Of a stretch of DNA of 33,173 bases, positions 8,606 through 18,112 are shown piece after piece. The DNA is from Thermoproteota archaeon (GTDB taxonomy: Archaea > Thermoproteota > Thermoprotei_A > Sulfolobales > Ignisphaeraceae): NCBI GenBank assembly GCA_030550585.1, contig JAUQPB010000006.1, forward strand, positions 1 to 33,173. Direction: 5' to 3'. The notes below the pieces were generated by a model that made no database searches, was not told the DNA's origin, and saw only the letters and a program-made list of their open reading frames with translations. Position numbers and translations under genes: made by a program. Within the stretch, counting starts at the first letter, position 1; every line of letters starts with the position of its first letter.

Positions 8606-11005
8606 ATGGCTGTTGTTAGAGAGAGACTTAGACTAATTGGTGTTGACTGTCCTAGCTGCGTATACTCGATTAACAGGGAGTTGGCGAAGCTCGGATGTGT
8701 AAGCAATTTCAGTGTAGATATATCCTCTGGCGAAGCTCTAATAGAATACGATGATTCTGGATGTAGTCTAGGCGATATATACAAGGCTGTTAGAGACTCT
8801 GGATACGATGTTGTTAAAGAGGTTGCAGTATTTTCTGTAGAGGATCTCGATGCCAATTTGGCTAGGGTTGTTGAGGAGAAGCTGAGTAGAGCTAGAGGGG
8901 TTTTCGAATGCAGAGCCTCTGTCTCTACATCCATGATCAAGGTGATCTACAATCCTCTGACCATAGCTCAGCAAGACGTAGAGAAAATTCTTCTTGGGCT
9001 TGGCATAGAGTTTGAGCATATATCAGAGGAAGCTAGGTCTGGGACTGGGGAAGGTGAACATAGGCTTCTTGTTAGAAGACTCACATCATTTGCCATAGGA
9101 CTCTCAGTTGTGCTTTTCGCTATCCTATCCGTGTTCACCGGTCTCCATATAGACAGCTATGTCTATTTCCTAGCAACAGCTTCTGTGATAATCATTATAC
9201 TGAGCCATGATATTATTTTCAGAGGCTATAAATCGTTGCTAAAGCTTGCGCCAACAATGGATTCTTTTGTGGCTCTCTCCTCGACAATATCATTTCTTTT
9301 TGGAGTTTTGTCTCTATCCAACACTATTTCCCTTGGCAATGAAATACCTGTGTCATCATTCTTCGAGGCTTCTGCAGGTGTTCTGGGTTTTGTTGGTCTG
9401 GGTCTCTATCTTGAAGAGAGGGTTAGGAGAAGGGCTTGGAGAGATGTTGAAGAGCATGTAAAGAGGCTTTACAGCAAAGCAAGGATAGTCTCCAACGAAA
9501 ATGTTGTTGAGGTTAACGCGGATAGGGTCCCTCTTGGAGCTATTGTAGAGATTAGAGCTGGAGAGATTGTGCCTGTAGATGGCGTCGTTGTCGAGGGGGA
9601 GGGATATGTCGATGAATCTAGTTTTACCGGAGAGCCAATGCCTATACACAAAAAGGCTTCGACAAGAGACCCCGTCTTAGCTGGAAGCAAGCTTGTATCT
9701 GGCTATCTAAGGGTTAGAGCAACGAGAGTGGGTAATGAGACAATTCTCTACAGAATAGTTGAGACTATTAGAGAAGCCCAATTCTACAAGCCTAGAATAG
9801 TTAGGCTTGCAGATAAGATAGTCGGATACTTTACCTGGGTTGTCATAGGCCTTGGCATCGCCACAGCGTTGTACTGGTCTATATACGTGGGAGATGTGTC
9901 AAAGGCCATACTCTTCGTTGCAGCAGTTTTTGCAACTGCATGCCCCTGTGGAATAGGAATCGCAATCCCAATGGCTGTTTCAATAGCTGTTCTAGCCACT
10001 GCAAGAAAAGGAATTGTAATTAGACGTGGAGATGTGTTTGACAGAGTTCTTGAAACCTCTGTTGTGCTATTCGACAAAACAGGGACTCTGACCATTGGCT
10101 CGCCAGCTGTGAAAGAAATTGTGTTTCTAGATGGAAATCCTGGTGCAGATGCTATACTCTCTTATGTGTGTAGCATAGAGTCTAGAAGCGAACATCCAAT
10201 AGCCAAAGCCATAGCGAATTACTGCAACGAGAAAGGCGTTGAGCTAAGACAAGTTGAAGAATTTGAGCATTTCCCAGGGCTTGGGGTTGTGGGCAGGGTC
10301 AATGGCATTACTGTGGCTATGGGAAATGCTGAGCTTATGGATAGAATGGGCATTGAGTTGTCGAATAACATTGAAAAGCTTTTAAAAGAAATTGGTGAAA
10401 GAGGTGGAACACCAGTTATAGTGGCAGTAGAGGGGAGACCTGTTGCAGTTATAGAGATTTCCGATAGCCTCAGACCGGAAGCCGCCAAAGTGGTCAGTTA
10501 TTTGAAGAGTCTGGGTCTGAGAATCGGTATTGCCAGTGGCGATGTTCAAGAAGCTGTTAAACATTATGCAGAGATGCTCAAGATAGACTTTTACTACTAC
10601 AAGCTCAAACCCCTTGATAAAGTAGATGTTGTTAAGAAGCTTCAGTTGAATGGAGAAAAAGTTCTCTATGTAGGCGATGGAATAAATGATGCAGCTGCAA
10701 TTTCAGCCGCAAATATCGGTGTAGCTATGGGTAGTGGAGCCGACATCTCTAAGGAGGCTGGAGATGTGATTATAACAAGCAACAGGCTAACAGATATAGT
10801 CTTCCTGATAGAGTTTAGCAAAAAGGTTAGAAGAAAATTCCTTGAAAACATCTTCTGGGCACTTATATACAACACGATATTGCTTCCAATAGCAGCTGGA
10901 GCGCTCTATAGCTACGGCATCTTCATAAAGCCAGAGCTAGGAGCTGTAGCAATGGTTTTAAGTGATGCCAGCGTAGTGCTAAACTCACTAAGACTCTTAA
11001 AGTAG
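8606..11005 (+). CDS. copA: Heavy-metal P1B-type ATPase, Cu(I)-exporting CopA type
   Basis: N-terminal HMA CPSC, TGEP, transmembrane CPC, DKTGT, SEHP, GDGIND, YN and MxxS signatures; ATG 8606 has a GGTG RBS (ORF open from 8594). Confidence 0.93.
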   Translation: MAVVRERLRLIGVDCPSCVYSINRELAKLGCVSNFSVDISSGEALIEYDDSGCSLGDIYKAVRDSGYDVVKEVAVFSVEDLDANLARVVEEKLSRARGVFECRASVSTSMIKVIYNPLTIAQQDVEKILLGLGIEFEHISEEARSGTGEGEHRLLVRRLTSFAIGLSVVLFAILSVFTGLHIDSYVYFLATASVIIIILSHDIIFRGYKSLLKLAPTMDSFVALSSTISFLFGVLSLSNTISLGNEIPVSSFFEASAGVLGFVGLGLYLEERVRRRAWRDVEEHVKRLYSKARIVSNENVVEVNADRVPLGAIVEIRAGEIVPVDGVVVEGEGYVDESSFTGEPMPIHKKASTRDPVLAGSKLVSGYLRVRATRVGNETILYRIVETIREAQFYKPRIVRLADKIVGYFTWVVIGLGIATALYWSIYVGDVSKAILFVAAVFATACPCGIGIAIPMAVSIAVLATARKGIVIRRGDVFDRVLETSVVLFDKTGTLTIGSPAVKEIVFLDGNPGADAILSYVCSIESRSEHPIAKAIANYCNEKGVELRQVEEFEHFPGLGVVGRVNGITVAMGNAELMDRMGIELSNNIEKLLKEIGERGGTPVIVAVEGRPVAVIEISDSLRPEAAKVVSYLKSLGLRIGIASGDVQEAVKHYAEMLKIDFYYYKLKPLDKVDVVKKLQLNGEKVLYVGDGINDAAAISAANIGVAMGSGADISKEAGDVIITSNRLTDIVFLIEFSKKVRRKFLENIFWALIYNTILLPIAAGALYSYGIFIKPELGAVAMVLSDASVVLNSLRLLK

Positions 11006-11136
11006 AGCTTAATCATAGTCTCTCAATCATTATCTCATAAAATTGTCAGGGTGTTCGCAAGAGATGTCGAAGATTGGAGGTCAGGAATGGTGGACAAAAC
11101 AACTATCTTGTTAGAGAGAAATAGCATACGGAGTGC

Positions 11137-11390
11137 ATGAAAATGATCACAAAGAGGAGGGTTAGGCTAGTAGTGGCGATAGATAGGAGCAAATGTGTGT
11201 GAAGGCGTGTTTAACAGGGGTCCTCGCTCTAGTAAATGGGAAGGCTAATGTGATGGATTTGGCTCTTGTGTAGCAGCTTGTCGATACAATGCGATCGCGC
11301 TTGTCATGAGAGAAGCAGAAGAGTTTGACCAGAGCATTTTATCATCAGTTTCTCTAGCTGATTGGCTAAAAAAGTTTAGGGTAACAGCAA
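11137..11390 (+). pseudogene. Disrupted 2x[4Fe-4S] ferredoxin-like gene
   Basis: Three consecutive frames read MKMITKRRVRLVVAIDRSKC / CVKACLTGVLALVNGKANV / CDGFGSCVAACRYNAIALVMREAEEFD; breaks near 11196 and 11249; 3' end approximate. Confidence 0.75.
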
Positions 11391-11475
11391 AAAGCGTGAC
11401 AGCGCTATGTATCTGTTATCTATTCACTAACGCCATATATGTTTTCAGATCAATGGGAGTGCTTTGCTTAGTGCT

Positions 11476-12669
11476 TTATTCTGGCTCTGCTTTCAACCTT
11501 TTTGAAAGTTCTTTTGCTAAACCTCTTAAATTCTCTATATCTTCCTTGGAAGGCGTCACATTAATTTTTACCATTCCTATAAGCTCTGCCTTAAGATCTC
11601 TCGCTATTTCTTGTAATTGTCTTTCTGCTTGTGTACCCCAAGCATATAGAACTATTAGTGCTAGGTACTTTGCAGGGGGTTTCAGTATTTTAGCTAGATA
11701 AGCCGCTAGTGCTGCTAGTGGATGTGCATTTAGCACAACTGTTGGTGTTGCTAATACAATTGCACGAGAGTCTACAAGATCTTTCGCTACATCGCCTAAA
11801 TCTGCTACCGCTAAATTATGTAGAACAACATCTATTCCTTCGGCTCTAAGATCATCAGCAAATGTTTTGACGATGTTTTCAGTGTAGCCCCACATTGATA
11901 CATATAGTACAACAGCTTTCCTCTTTGTTCTTCCCTCTACCCAGCTATAATAACTCTCAATGATTTTCCTCGGATTTCTGTATATGGGTCCATGAGAAGG
12001 GGCAATAACTCTTATATCAAGACCAGCTATTTTCTTCAATGCATTCAAAGCATTAACTCTAAAGGGCATCATTATTTCTCCAAAGTACCTTTGTGCGTGG
12101 TATATCAAATCCTCTACCTCATCATCCCACAGACCCTGGGCTATGTGAGCCCCAAAGAAATCACATGTGAATAGTATCTTATTCTCTTCTAAGTACGTAA
12201 ACATTGTTTCTGGCCAGTGAAGCATGGGAGCCTCTATGAACTTTAGGGTCTTACCTCCCAGATCTATTGTATCGCCGTCCCTAACAACATATACTCTATC
12301 ATTTGGAACACCATAGAAGATCTTGGCCATCTTAGCTCCCACAGCCGTTGTCACAAGCTTTGCCTTGGGAGAGATTCTGAGTATATGTGGAATAGCCCCA
12401 GCATGATCTGGCTCAGCATGATTCATAACAACGTAATCTATATCTGATGGTTTAACAACAGAAGAAATTCTTTCCTCCAACTCACTCTCAAATCCAGGAT
12501 TGACGGTGTCTATCAACACAATCTTTTCCTTACCAACAACAAGATATGAGTTATATGATGTACCCTTAGGCAGAGGTATGATGGAATCGAAGATTCTTCT
12601 ACTAATGTCTCTTGCCCCAACCCACCAAACGCCATCATCTATCAGAACGGCTCTAGCCATCTGGTACAC
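11476..12669 (-). CDS. fprA: Flavodiiron protein (FprA / A-type flavoprotein; O2 or NO reductase)
   Basis: GTSYNSYL, NHAEPDH, HWPE, TCDFFGAH, PSHG and flavodoxin loop YVSMWGYT. Confidence 0.95.
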   Translation of the reverse strand: MYQMARAVLIDDGVWWVGARDISRRIFDSIIPLPKGTSYNSYLVVGKEKIVLIDTVNPGFESELEERISSVVKPSDIDYVVMNHAEPDHAGAIPHILRISPKAKLVTTAVGAKMAKIFYGVPNDRVYVVRDGDTIDLGGKTLKFIEAPMLHWPETMFTYLEENKILFTCDFFGAHIAQGLWDDEVEDLIYHAQRYFGEIMMPFRVNALNALKKIAGLDIRVIAPSHGPIYRNPRKIIESYYSWVEGRTKRKAVVLYVSMWGYTENIVKTFADDLRAEGIDVVLHNLAVADLGDVAKDLVDSRAIVLATPTVVLNAHPLAALAAYLAKILKPPAKYLALIVLYAWGTQAERQLQEIARDLKAELIGMVKINVTPSKEDIENLRGLAKELSKRLKAEPE

Positions 12670-12802
12670 CCTTTACATAGTTTCGTGTTATTCTTTACCA
12701 CCTTTTAAATCTGAATGTTGTAACACTGTTTTGTTTTGTTGTTCCAGATTGTTATGAAGGCAAAACATAAAAGTGTTTTTGTAGAGATAGACAATATGGG
12801 AG

Positions 12803-13363
12803 ATGAATTTGAGGTCTATAGAGCTCCTCATGAATGACCATAGAGTTATAGAGAAGGCCTTGCAGTTGCTTGAAAATTCGGTAATTAAATTACAGCAAGG
12901 GAAAAATGTTGATAGAAAAGTCTTTGAAACCTTAATCACATTCTTCAAACTATTTGCTGATAGGTGTCACCATGGAAAAGAGGAGAGCGCCTTCTTCCCG
13001 ACATTAGAAAGATTGGGAATTCCAAAAGAGGGCGGCCCTATAGGCGTTATGCTATATGAGCATGATATGGGCAGAAGGTATATAAAAAATCTTGAGGATA
13101 GCATAGAAAAATTCTATTCAGGCGATGCTAGTGCTCTACAAGATATTGTAGAAAATGCCTATGGCTACATCAACCTTCTGAGAAATCACATTTTCAAAGA
13201 AGATAACATTCTATTCCAACTAGCAACACAGGTACTAGATTATGACACAGATAGAGAGTTAGTTGAAGAATTTGAGAGAATAGAAGAGGAAAGAATAGGC
13301 CATGGAAAACATGAAGAACTAATTAGAAGCATAAACGATTTAGAATCTATTCTAATACGGTAA
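12803..13363 (+). CDS. Hemerythrin-like (HHE) cation-binding protein
   Basis: LMNDH, ADRCHHGKEE..FFP, GGPIGVMLYEH, HIFKEDNILF. Confidence 0.92.
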   Translation: MNLRSIELLMNDHRVIEKALQLLENSVIKLQQGKNVDRKVFETLITFFKLFADRCHHGKEESAFFPTLERLGIPKEGGPIGVMLYEHDMGRRYIKNLEDSIEKFYSGDASALQDIVENAYGYINLLRNHIFKEDNILFQLATQVLDYDTDRELVEEFERIEEERIGHGKHEELIRSINDLESILIR

Positions 13364-13575
13364 AGTGTTGAAAAAGACTCGATTTTTTGTAGCTGGGCGG
13401 GTTAAATGAAATAGCCATGTTTTGTAAAGAAGGTAGCGTTGTGTAAGGTAACAGCATTTTAGCATTCCTCTCTACTTTATTGTTACAATATTTATAATTT
13501 AAGTAGACCTAGCCTTGACAACACATTTTCGAGACGTATTAGGATTGACATCTCTTTCTGCCCAACTTTGTATAG

Positions 13576-14313
13576 CTAGAGACCGCAACAACTAAAATCG
13601 ACATGGAGATCCAGATCTCCAAAAACAATGTTTTTTAAATATGGGTCTAGATAGATGTTGATTGACTTGAATTTAACCCCATTTTCTAATGCATTTTCAA
13701 TGCTTTTGCAGATATCTTTATCTATGTGACAGTTGAGTCTAAACCCCTTTGCGTTTGGTATGCCAGCAACGAAAACCACATATGCATCTCTGTCTCCACC
13801 TGAAACAAATTTTGCTAGTGCTTCGATGTGTTTTCTTCCTCTAGGTGTTGGTGCATCGGGGTACCCAGTGAAGTTGTCGGGAAACCTCATAACAGCGCTC
13901 TTGAGCTCAACTAGAGTGGTTTTGTTTCTGCATTCCAATTCATAGTCTATTCTAGAGCTGTGTAGAGGATAGCCTCTTCTAATCAATGCACAGTTTCTTA
14001 GCCATGGGATAGCATCTCTGGCCACAAGTTCTTCAAAGGATTTCTCATGGAGCCTGGTGTCAACTAGAGCTGCATACCCATTGTCTTCTACGCCAACAAG
14101 TCTGTATCTAGCTCTACCCCTCTCTAAAGGTATGCAAAAACCTTTTCTGCCTCTAGCCAAGTAGCCTTCAAGCCTACCTGTATTGTTTAGATAAGCTACT
14201 GCCTCAGCACCGCCAATATCTACAACCACAGTAAATCTAGATATCCTCTCAACAATGCAACACTCCAACAAATCTCTAAGCGTTATAAGGTTCTGGGAAA
14301 TGGTCTTCACCAC
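13576..14313 (-). CDS. sfsA: SfsA family DNA/RNA nuclease
   Basis: ERISRF, NNTGRL, SRIDY, VELKS, YPDAPTPRGRKHIEAL. Confidence 0.9.
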   Translation of the reverse strand: MVKTISQNLITLRDLLECCIVERISRFTVVVDIGGAEAVAYLNNTGRLEGYLARGRKGFCIPLERGRARYRLVGVEDNGYAALVDTRLHEKSFEELVARDAIPWLRNCALIRRGYPLHSSRIDYELECRNKTTLVELKSAVMRFPDNFTGYPDAPTPRGRKHIEALAKFVSGGDRDAYVVFVAGIPNAKGFRLNCHIDKDICKSIENALENGVKFKSINIYLDPYLKNIVFGDLDLHVDFSCCGL

Positions 14314-14407
14314 ATACTAGCTGAAACTGGTGTCAGATTAAATATGCAAGAATTGACAGACTTCTATTTACTAGTTTTATTAGGTTTAAAAAAAGATTTT
14401 ATTTTGT

Positions 14408-14966
14408 TTAGAATCCAACATATCTATTTTTCGGTGCTCCGCAAACAGGGCATTTCTCTGGCGGTTCTGCACCAATTATTGTATGGCCGCATACTGGGCA
14501 TATCCAAATCTTTTCCTCGGGTTTTAGTGGAAGGTCTTGCCCTTTATCCACATATTCCTTGGCCTGTTTATAAAGTGATGCATGTATTTGTTCTGCCTGG
14601 TACGCATAGGAAAAGCTTTTCTCAGCCTCTGCCTCTCCTTGGTATCTTGCAATCTCTAGAAACACTGGATACATTTCCTTGACCTCATACTCTTCTCCGG
14701 CTATGGCAAGCTCAAGATTCTTACTCGTGTTGCCGGGTCCTATGGGGGTTCCTGAATAGACTTTTGCATCTTCTTTATAGTCTCTCAACACTCTATAGTG
14801 GTTAGATGCATGGACTTGCTCAGCATATGCTATAGCTTTGAAGAGTCTCGAAACATTTTTGAAACCTTCTCTCTGCGATATCAGCAAATATGAGATATCT
14901 CATATGGGCCATGGACTCCCCTGCAAAAGCCGATAGAAGCGCATCTTTTGTCATTGATCTAACCAT
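14408..14966 (-). pseudogene. rbr: Rubrerythrin with an apparent 2-nt frameshift (pseudogene or sequencing error)
   Basis: ATG 14966 gives MVRSMTKDALLSAFAGESMAHMRYLIFADIAER; the other frame continues REGFKNVSRLFKAIAYAEQVHA...EQIH...CPVCGH...CPVCG; shift at GCAGAGAGAAGG, about 14866-14877. Confidence 0.88.
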
Positions 14967-14998
14967 TTTTTCACCCAGTAGACCATTCAAGAAGATCT

Positions 14999-15031
14999 CA
15001 TATAAAGTTTTCTATTATGAAAGTTTTCTAT
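14999..15031 (-). promoter_or_regulatory. rbr promoter: BRE-TATA (AGAAAACTTTATAT) with an upstream 12-bp direct repeat
   Basis: AAAGTTTTCTAT at 15004-15015 and 15020-15031 on the + strand; GGGTGA RBS at 14971-14976. Confidence 0.55.
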
Positions 15032-15057
15032 ACTTGTATTTTGCTTTACAACATCCG

Positions 15058-16062
15058 CTACCTGTGTTCACCACCTTTTCTCAGACTTAGGATATAGTGG
15101 TAGACAGAGTCTGCCGCAAGAGCCCCCTCAGCTGCTGCAACAACTATTTGCTCGAATCTCTTTTTGCACGGCCCTCCAGCAACATCGCCTGCCGCGAAAA
15201 CCCCTGGCAGGTTTGTGCTCATATCTGGTTTTACAGCTATGTAGCCCTTTTCATCGAGCTCCAGTCCAATCTTCTTCAAAATGTTTACTGGGGGCTCTGA
15301 CCCAATTTCGATGAATACTCCGTCTATGGGTAGAATCCTCTCCTCACCGCTAACAACGTTTCTGATCTTCGCAGCCTCAACCCTGTCTTTCCCGATTATC
15401 TCAACAACTACTGTATTTAGAAGAAGCTCTATTTTTGGCTCATTCAAAACCTTTTCTACATAGGCTTGGAAGACCCTGAACCTATCTCTTCTATGGATGA
15501 TATAGACCTTTTTAGCATAGGATGCAAGGTGGATAGCGCTAGATAATGCAGAGTCTCCGCCACCAACAACAGCAACAACCTTGTCTTTAAAGAATGGAGC
15601 GTCGCAAACAGCGCAGTAGGAAACCCCTTTTCCGACCAGCCTATCCTCTCCAGGAACACCAAGCTTTCTTTTCTCACATCCAATAGCAATTATAACGGCA
15701 TAGCCGCAAAAGACATCTCCATTAACAGTTTCAACACACCATAGGTCTCCCTCTCTCCTAAGATTATCCATTGGATTCCCAGCAACAATATCAACACCAA
15801 ACTTGCGCACATGAGCCTCAAAAAGACTTGCAAGCCTACTTCCAGGAACCTCAGGAACACCAGGATAGTCATCAACCAGCGGGGCTATAGCCATCTTCCC
15901 CCCAATATCCTTGGTAACAACAACAGTCTTTAAACCAAATCTAGCCAGGTAAATGGCTGCTGTTAGCCCAGCAGGGCCAGCCCCAACAACAACACAGTCA
16001 TATATCTCCCTCCCAGCTCTTTTTCTAGGAAAAGCCAATCTAAATGAGGTTCCCACAGACAT
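15058..16062 (-). CDS. trxB: Thioredoxin reductase
   Basis: GAGPAG, GVSYCAVCD, VVGGGDSA, IHRRD, GVFAAGD. Confidence 0.95.
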   Translation of the reverse strand: MSVGTSFRLAFPRKRAGREIYDCVVVGAGPAGLTAAIYLARFGLKTVVVTKDIGGKMAIAPLVDDYPGVPEVPGSRLASLFEAHVRKFGVDIVAGNPMDNLRREGDLWCVETVNGDVFCGYAVIIAIGCEKRKLGVPGEDRLVGKGVSYCAVCDAPFFKDKVVAVVGGGDSALSSAIHLASYAKKVYIIHRRDRFRVFQAYVEKVLNEPKIELLLNTVVVEIIGKDRVEAAKIRNVVSGEERILPIDGVFIEIGSEPPVNILKKIGLELDEKGYIAVKPDMSTNLPGVFAAGDVAGGPCKKRFEQIVVAAAEGALAADSVYHYILSLRKGGEHR

Positions 16063-16270
16063 TTAAACACCTTAAAAAAATTGGGCAGGGCAAATATAAA
16101 AATTGATGATAGATAAACCAAATCGATTTTTGAATATGCCAAGTAGCCCAGCACAAAAGATTTCTTCACAGAACCAGCCACAGCAATTTGTTGCCTATTT
16201 AACGATGTTTTATCGACAAAGTTTATTATTTATTCAAGCACTTGTCTTATTTTGAATATTTAGGAGTGTA

Positions 16271-16942
16271 TTGAAAGATGGTATGAGTATGCAGATACCT
16301 TGTATAGATGTCTTTAGATCGCTGAGGGGTTTTGGGTTTAAGGCTTTGGAGAAGAGGGGGAGGTTTCCCGAGGAAAAGGCGATAGAGCTTTATATTGGGT
16401 GTGGAAGCTCTTGGCAAAGGCTAATGGTTTTAAAGATTTTTGATGGTAGACCACCTTTCTATAGGAAATGGGTAGAAGTTTTCTCAATAAATCCTGTAGC
16501 AGATTTTGGCTCGGCCAAATACGTTTTTGTTAATTCTGCAGAGGAGAAGATGCTCATAGACTGCCTGTCTAGGTATATAAACCCTGGGGAGAGGCTGTTC
16601 ATAGAGTATGTATATGATAGGGAGACGTGGAAAGCTCTAGAAATTGGTGTGCCACCACATCTAACCAGACTTGGTTTCATGCTTCTTGAGAACGGGTTTA
16701 CATGGTTTAAAGACTGGTATTATCCGGAGGGGTTTATGGAGGGGAATCCAAAGATCCAGGTGGAGAAGCCTCTAGATGATGATATGAGGAGAAGGCATAT
16801 TGTGGATTTGTGCAAAGATGCTAGGGATTTCGAGGTCAAGGCGAAGATGTTTATTCAACAGAAAATATATGTGGATATATTTGAGGGTGTTCTAAACAGG
16901 ATACAGACTATGTTGACAGGTATGTGCAAGGGTGTTGCCTAG
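16271..16942 (+). CDS. DUF1122 family protein
   Basis: GRPPFYRKWVE, LFIEYVYD.ET, TRLGF, GFTWFKDWYYPEGFMEGNPKIQ; start uncertain (16271 or a nearby downstream ATG). Confidence 0.8.
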   Translation: MKDGMSMQIPCIDVFRSLRGFGFKALEKRGRFPEEKAIELYIGCGSSWQRLMVLKIFDGRPPFYRKWVEVFSINPVADFGSAKYVFVNSAEEKMLIDCLSRYINPGERLFIEYVYDRETWKALEIGVPPHLTRLGFMLLENGFTWFKDWYYPEGFMEGNPKIQVEKPLDDDMRRRHIVDLCKDARDFEVKAKMFIQQKIYVDIFEGVLNRIQTMLTGMCKGVA

Positions 16943-17409
16943 CCACCTGGCGTTCCATGCCACGGGCTATTCCTCCATATAAGATCCCAAATATCTTCTT
17001 CTGTAACTGCTTCTTTCTTGGCTAGATTATCTCTTATATCAACAAGCACTTTGTGGTGCTCAACCTCATCACTTAGAATAGCAGATAGAACAAGCTTTAC
17101 CCTAGCATCATCACTTTCCTGAAGAGCCTTTTTAGCAACTTCAATCATCCTAACCTCTGTCTCTATATGTCTCTCAATCTCCTTGAATATAGCCTCCAGC
17201 TCGGTCTCAGATAGAATTGGCTGGGGATTTGACAACAGCTCTACAATTGCTTCGTAAAGTTTTGAATGCTTTAAACTGTCATTAGCAATCGCGATGAAGA
17301 TTGCTCTTAGGGTTGGATGGGCTATCCTATTGCCCAAATTTTGTAGAGCTTCAGAATATTCCTTCTCCCTCCTAGCCATTTCCCTAAACAGATCCAGATA
17401 ACCCTCCAT
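16939..17409 (-). CDS. Ferritin-like / rubrerythrin-type diiron domain protein
   Basis: Duplicated E...DSLKH and E...DEVEHH helix pairs; C-terminus WRNSPWHGTPGG; ATG 17409 more plausible than the ORF start at 17529. Confidence 0.82.
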   Translation of the reverse strand: MEGYLDLFREMARREKEYSEALQNLGNRIAHPTLRAIFIAIANDSLKHSKLYEAIVELLSNPQPILSETELEAIFKEIERHIETEVRMIEVAKKALQESDDARVKLVLSAILSDEVEHHKVLVDIRDNLAKKEAVTEEDIWDLIWRNSPWHGTPGG

Positions 17410-17555
17410 ACACATCACAAAATATATATTGTCAGATCTAAGATAAAAGTCTTTCTGGTATAACAACAGACATGAAGTTTTGCCAACATAGCAAAAAGCG
17501 TTGAGAATAGATTTAAATCTGTTTACCAAAGAGTTGTGTGGAAGGGATTTGATGC

Positions 17556-17921
17556 ATGGGCTTGGTGTATATCGACGGTGTTGTCAAGCATGGTGGTAAA
17601 AGTGCTAGGGTCAGGTTTCTAGTTGATTCTGGCGCAACATATACTGTGTTAACAAAATCTGTTTGGGAGTTCCTTGGGCTGGAGCCCAAAGGCGAAATGG
17701 AGTTTGTGCTAGCCGATGGAACTGTTATCCACAGACAGATATCCGAGGCTCTGCTCGAGCTACCCGGCTTTGGGGAAAGACACACACCTGTAGTCCTTGG
17801 CGAGAGTGAAGACGAGAATCTACTGGGCATTGTAACACTCGAGATATTCGGCCTAATCCTAGACCCATTCAAAAGAGAGCTAAGGCCCATAAGAGCCATT
17901 ATGAAGAGAACACAACGGTAG
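17556..17921 (+). CDS. Clan AA (retropepsin-like) aspartyl protease
   Basis: FLVDSGATYTVL, LADG, LLGIVTLEIFGLILDP. Confidence 0.88.
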   Translation: MGLVYIDGVVKHGGKSARVRFLVDSGATYTVLTKSVWEFLGLEPKGEMEFVLADGTVIHRQISEALLELPGFGERHTPVVLGESEDENLLGIVTLEIFGLILDPFKRELRPIRAIMKRTQR

Positions 17922-18112
17922 ACGTAGAATTAGCATTGGAAACTTGCTGGGTTACAATTTTGCTAGGCTTGCCATGGTTTTCAGGGCTTTACTAGGTATT
18001 GCACACTCTATTTACTGTGATCAGACTTAGACAGAGAAAGAGAAAAGAAAGCTAAATCCAATGCAACTACACTTCAAGACGCACTATCTTTAGCAATAAG
18101 GAGAGTAGCTGT

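Noticed and set aside
11306-11701. 131-aa plus-strand ORF as a real gene
   Set aside because: Its start is the tail of the ferredoxin pseudogene and most of the rest is antisense to fprA
13478-13490. TATTGT-T-ACAATA palindrome
   Set aside because: Short, AT-rich and between convergent genes, so there is no promoter to regulate
14344-15300. Plus-strand ORFs 14344-14682, 14890-15090 and 15097-15300, and the other short antisense ORFs in the track
   Set aside because: Shadow frames of well-supported genes; the shared MRYLI is explained by the 18-bp palindrome
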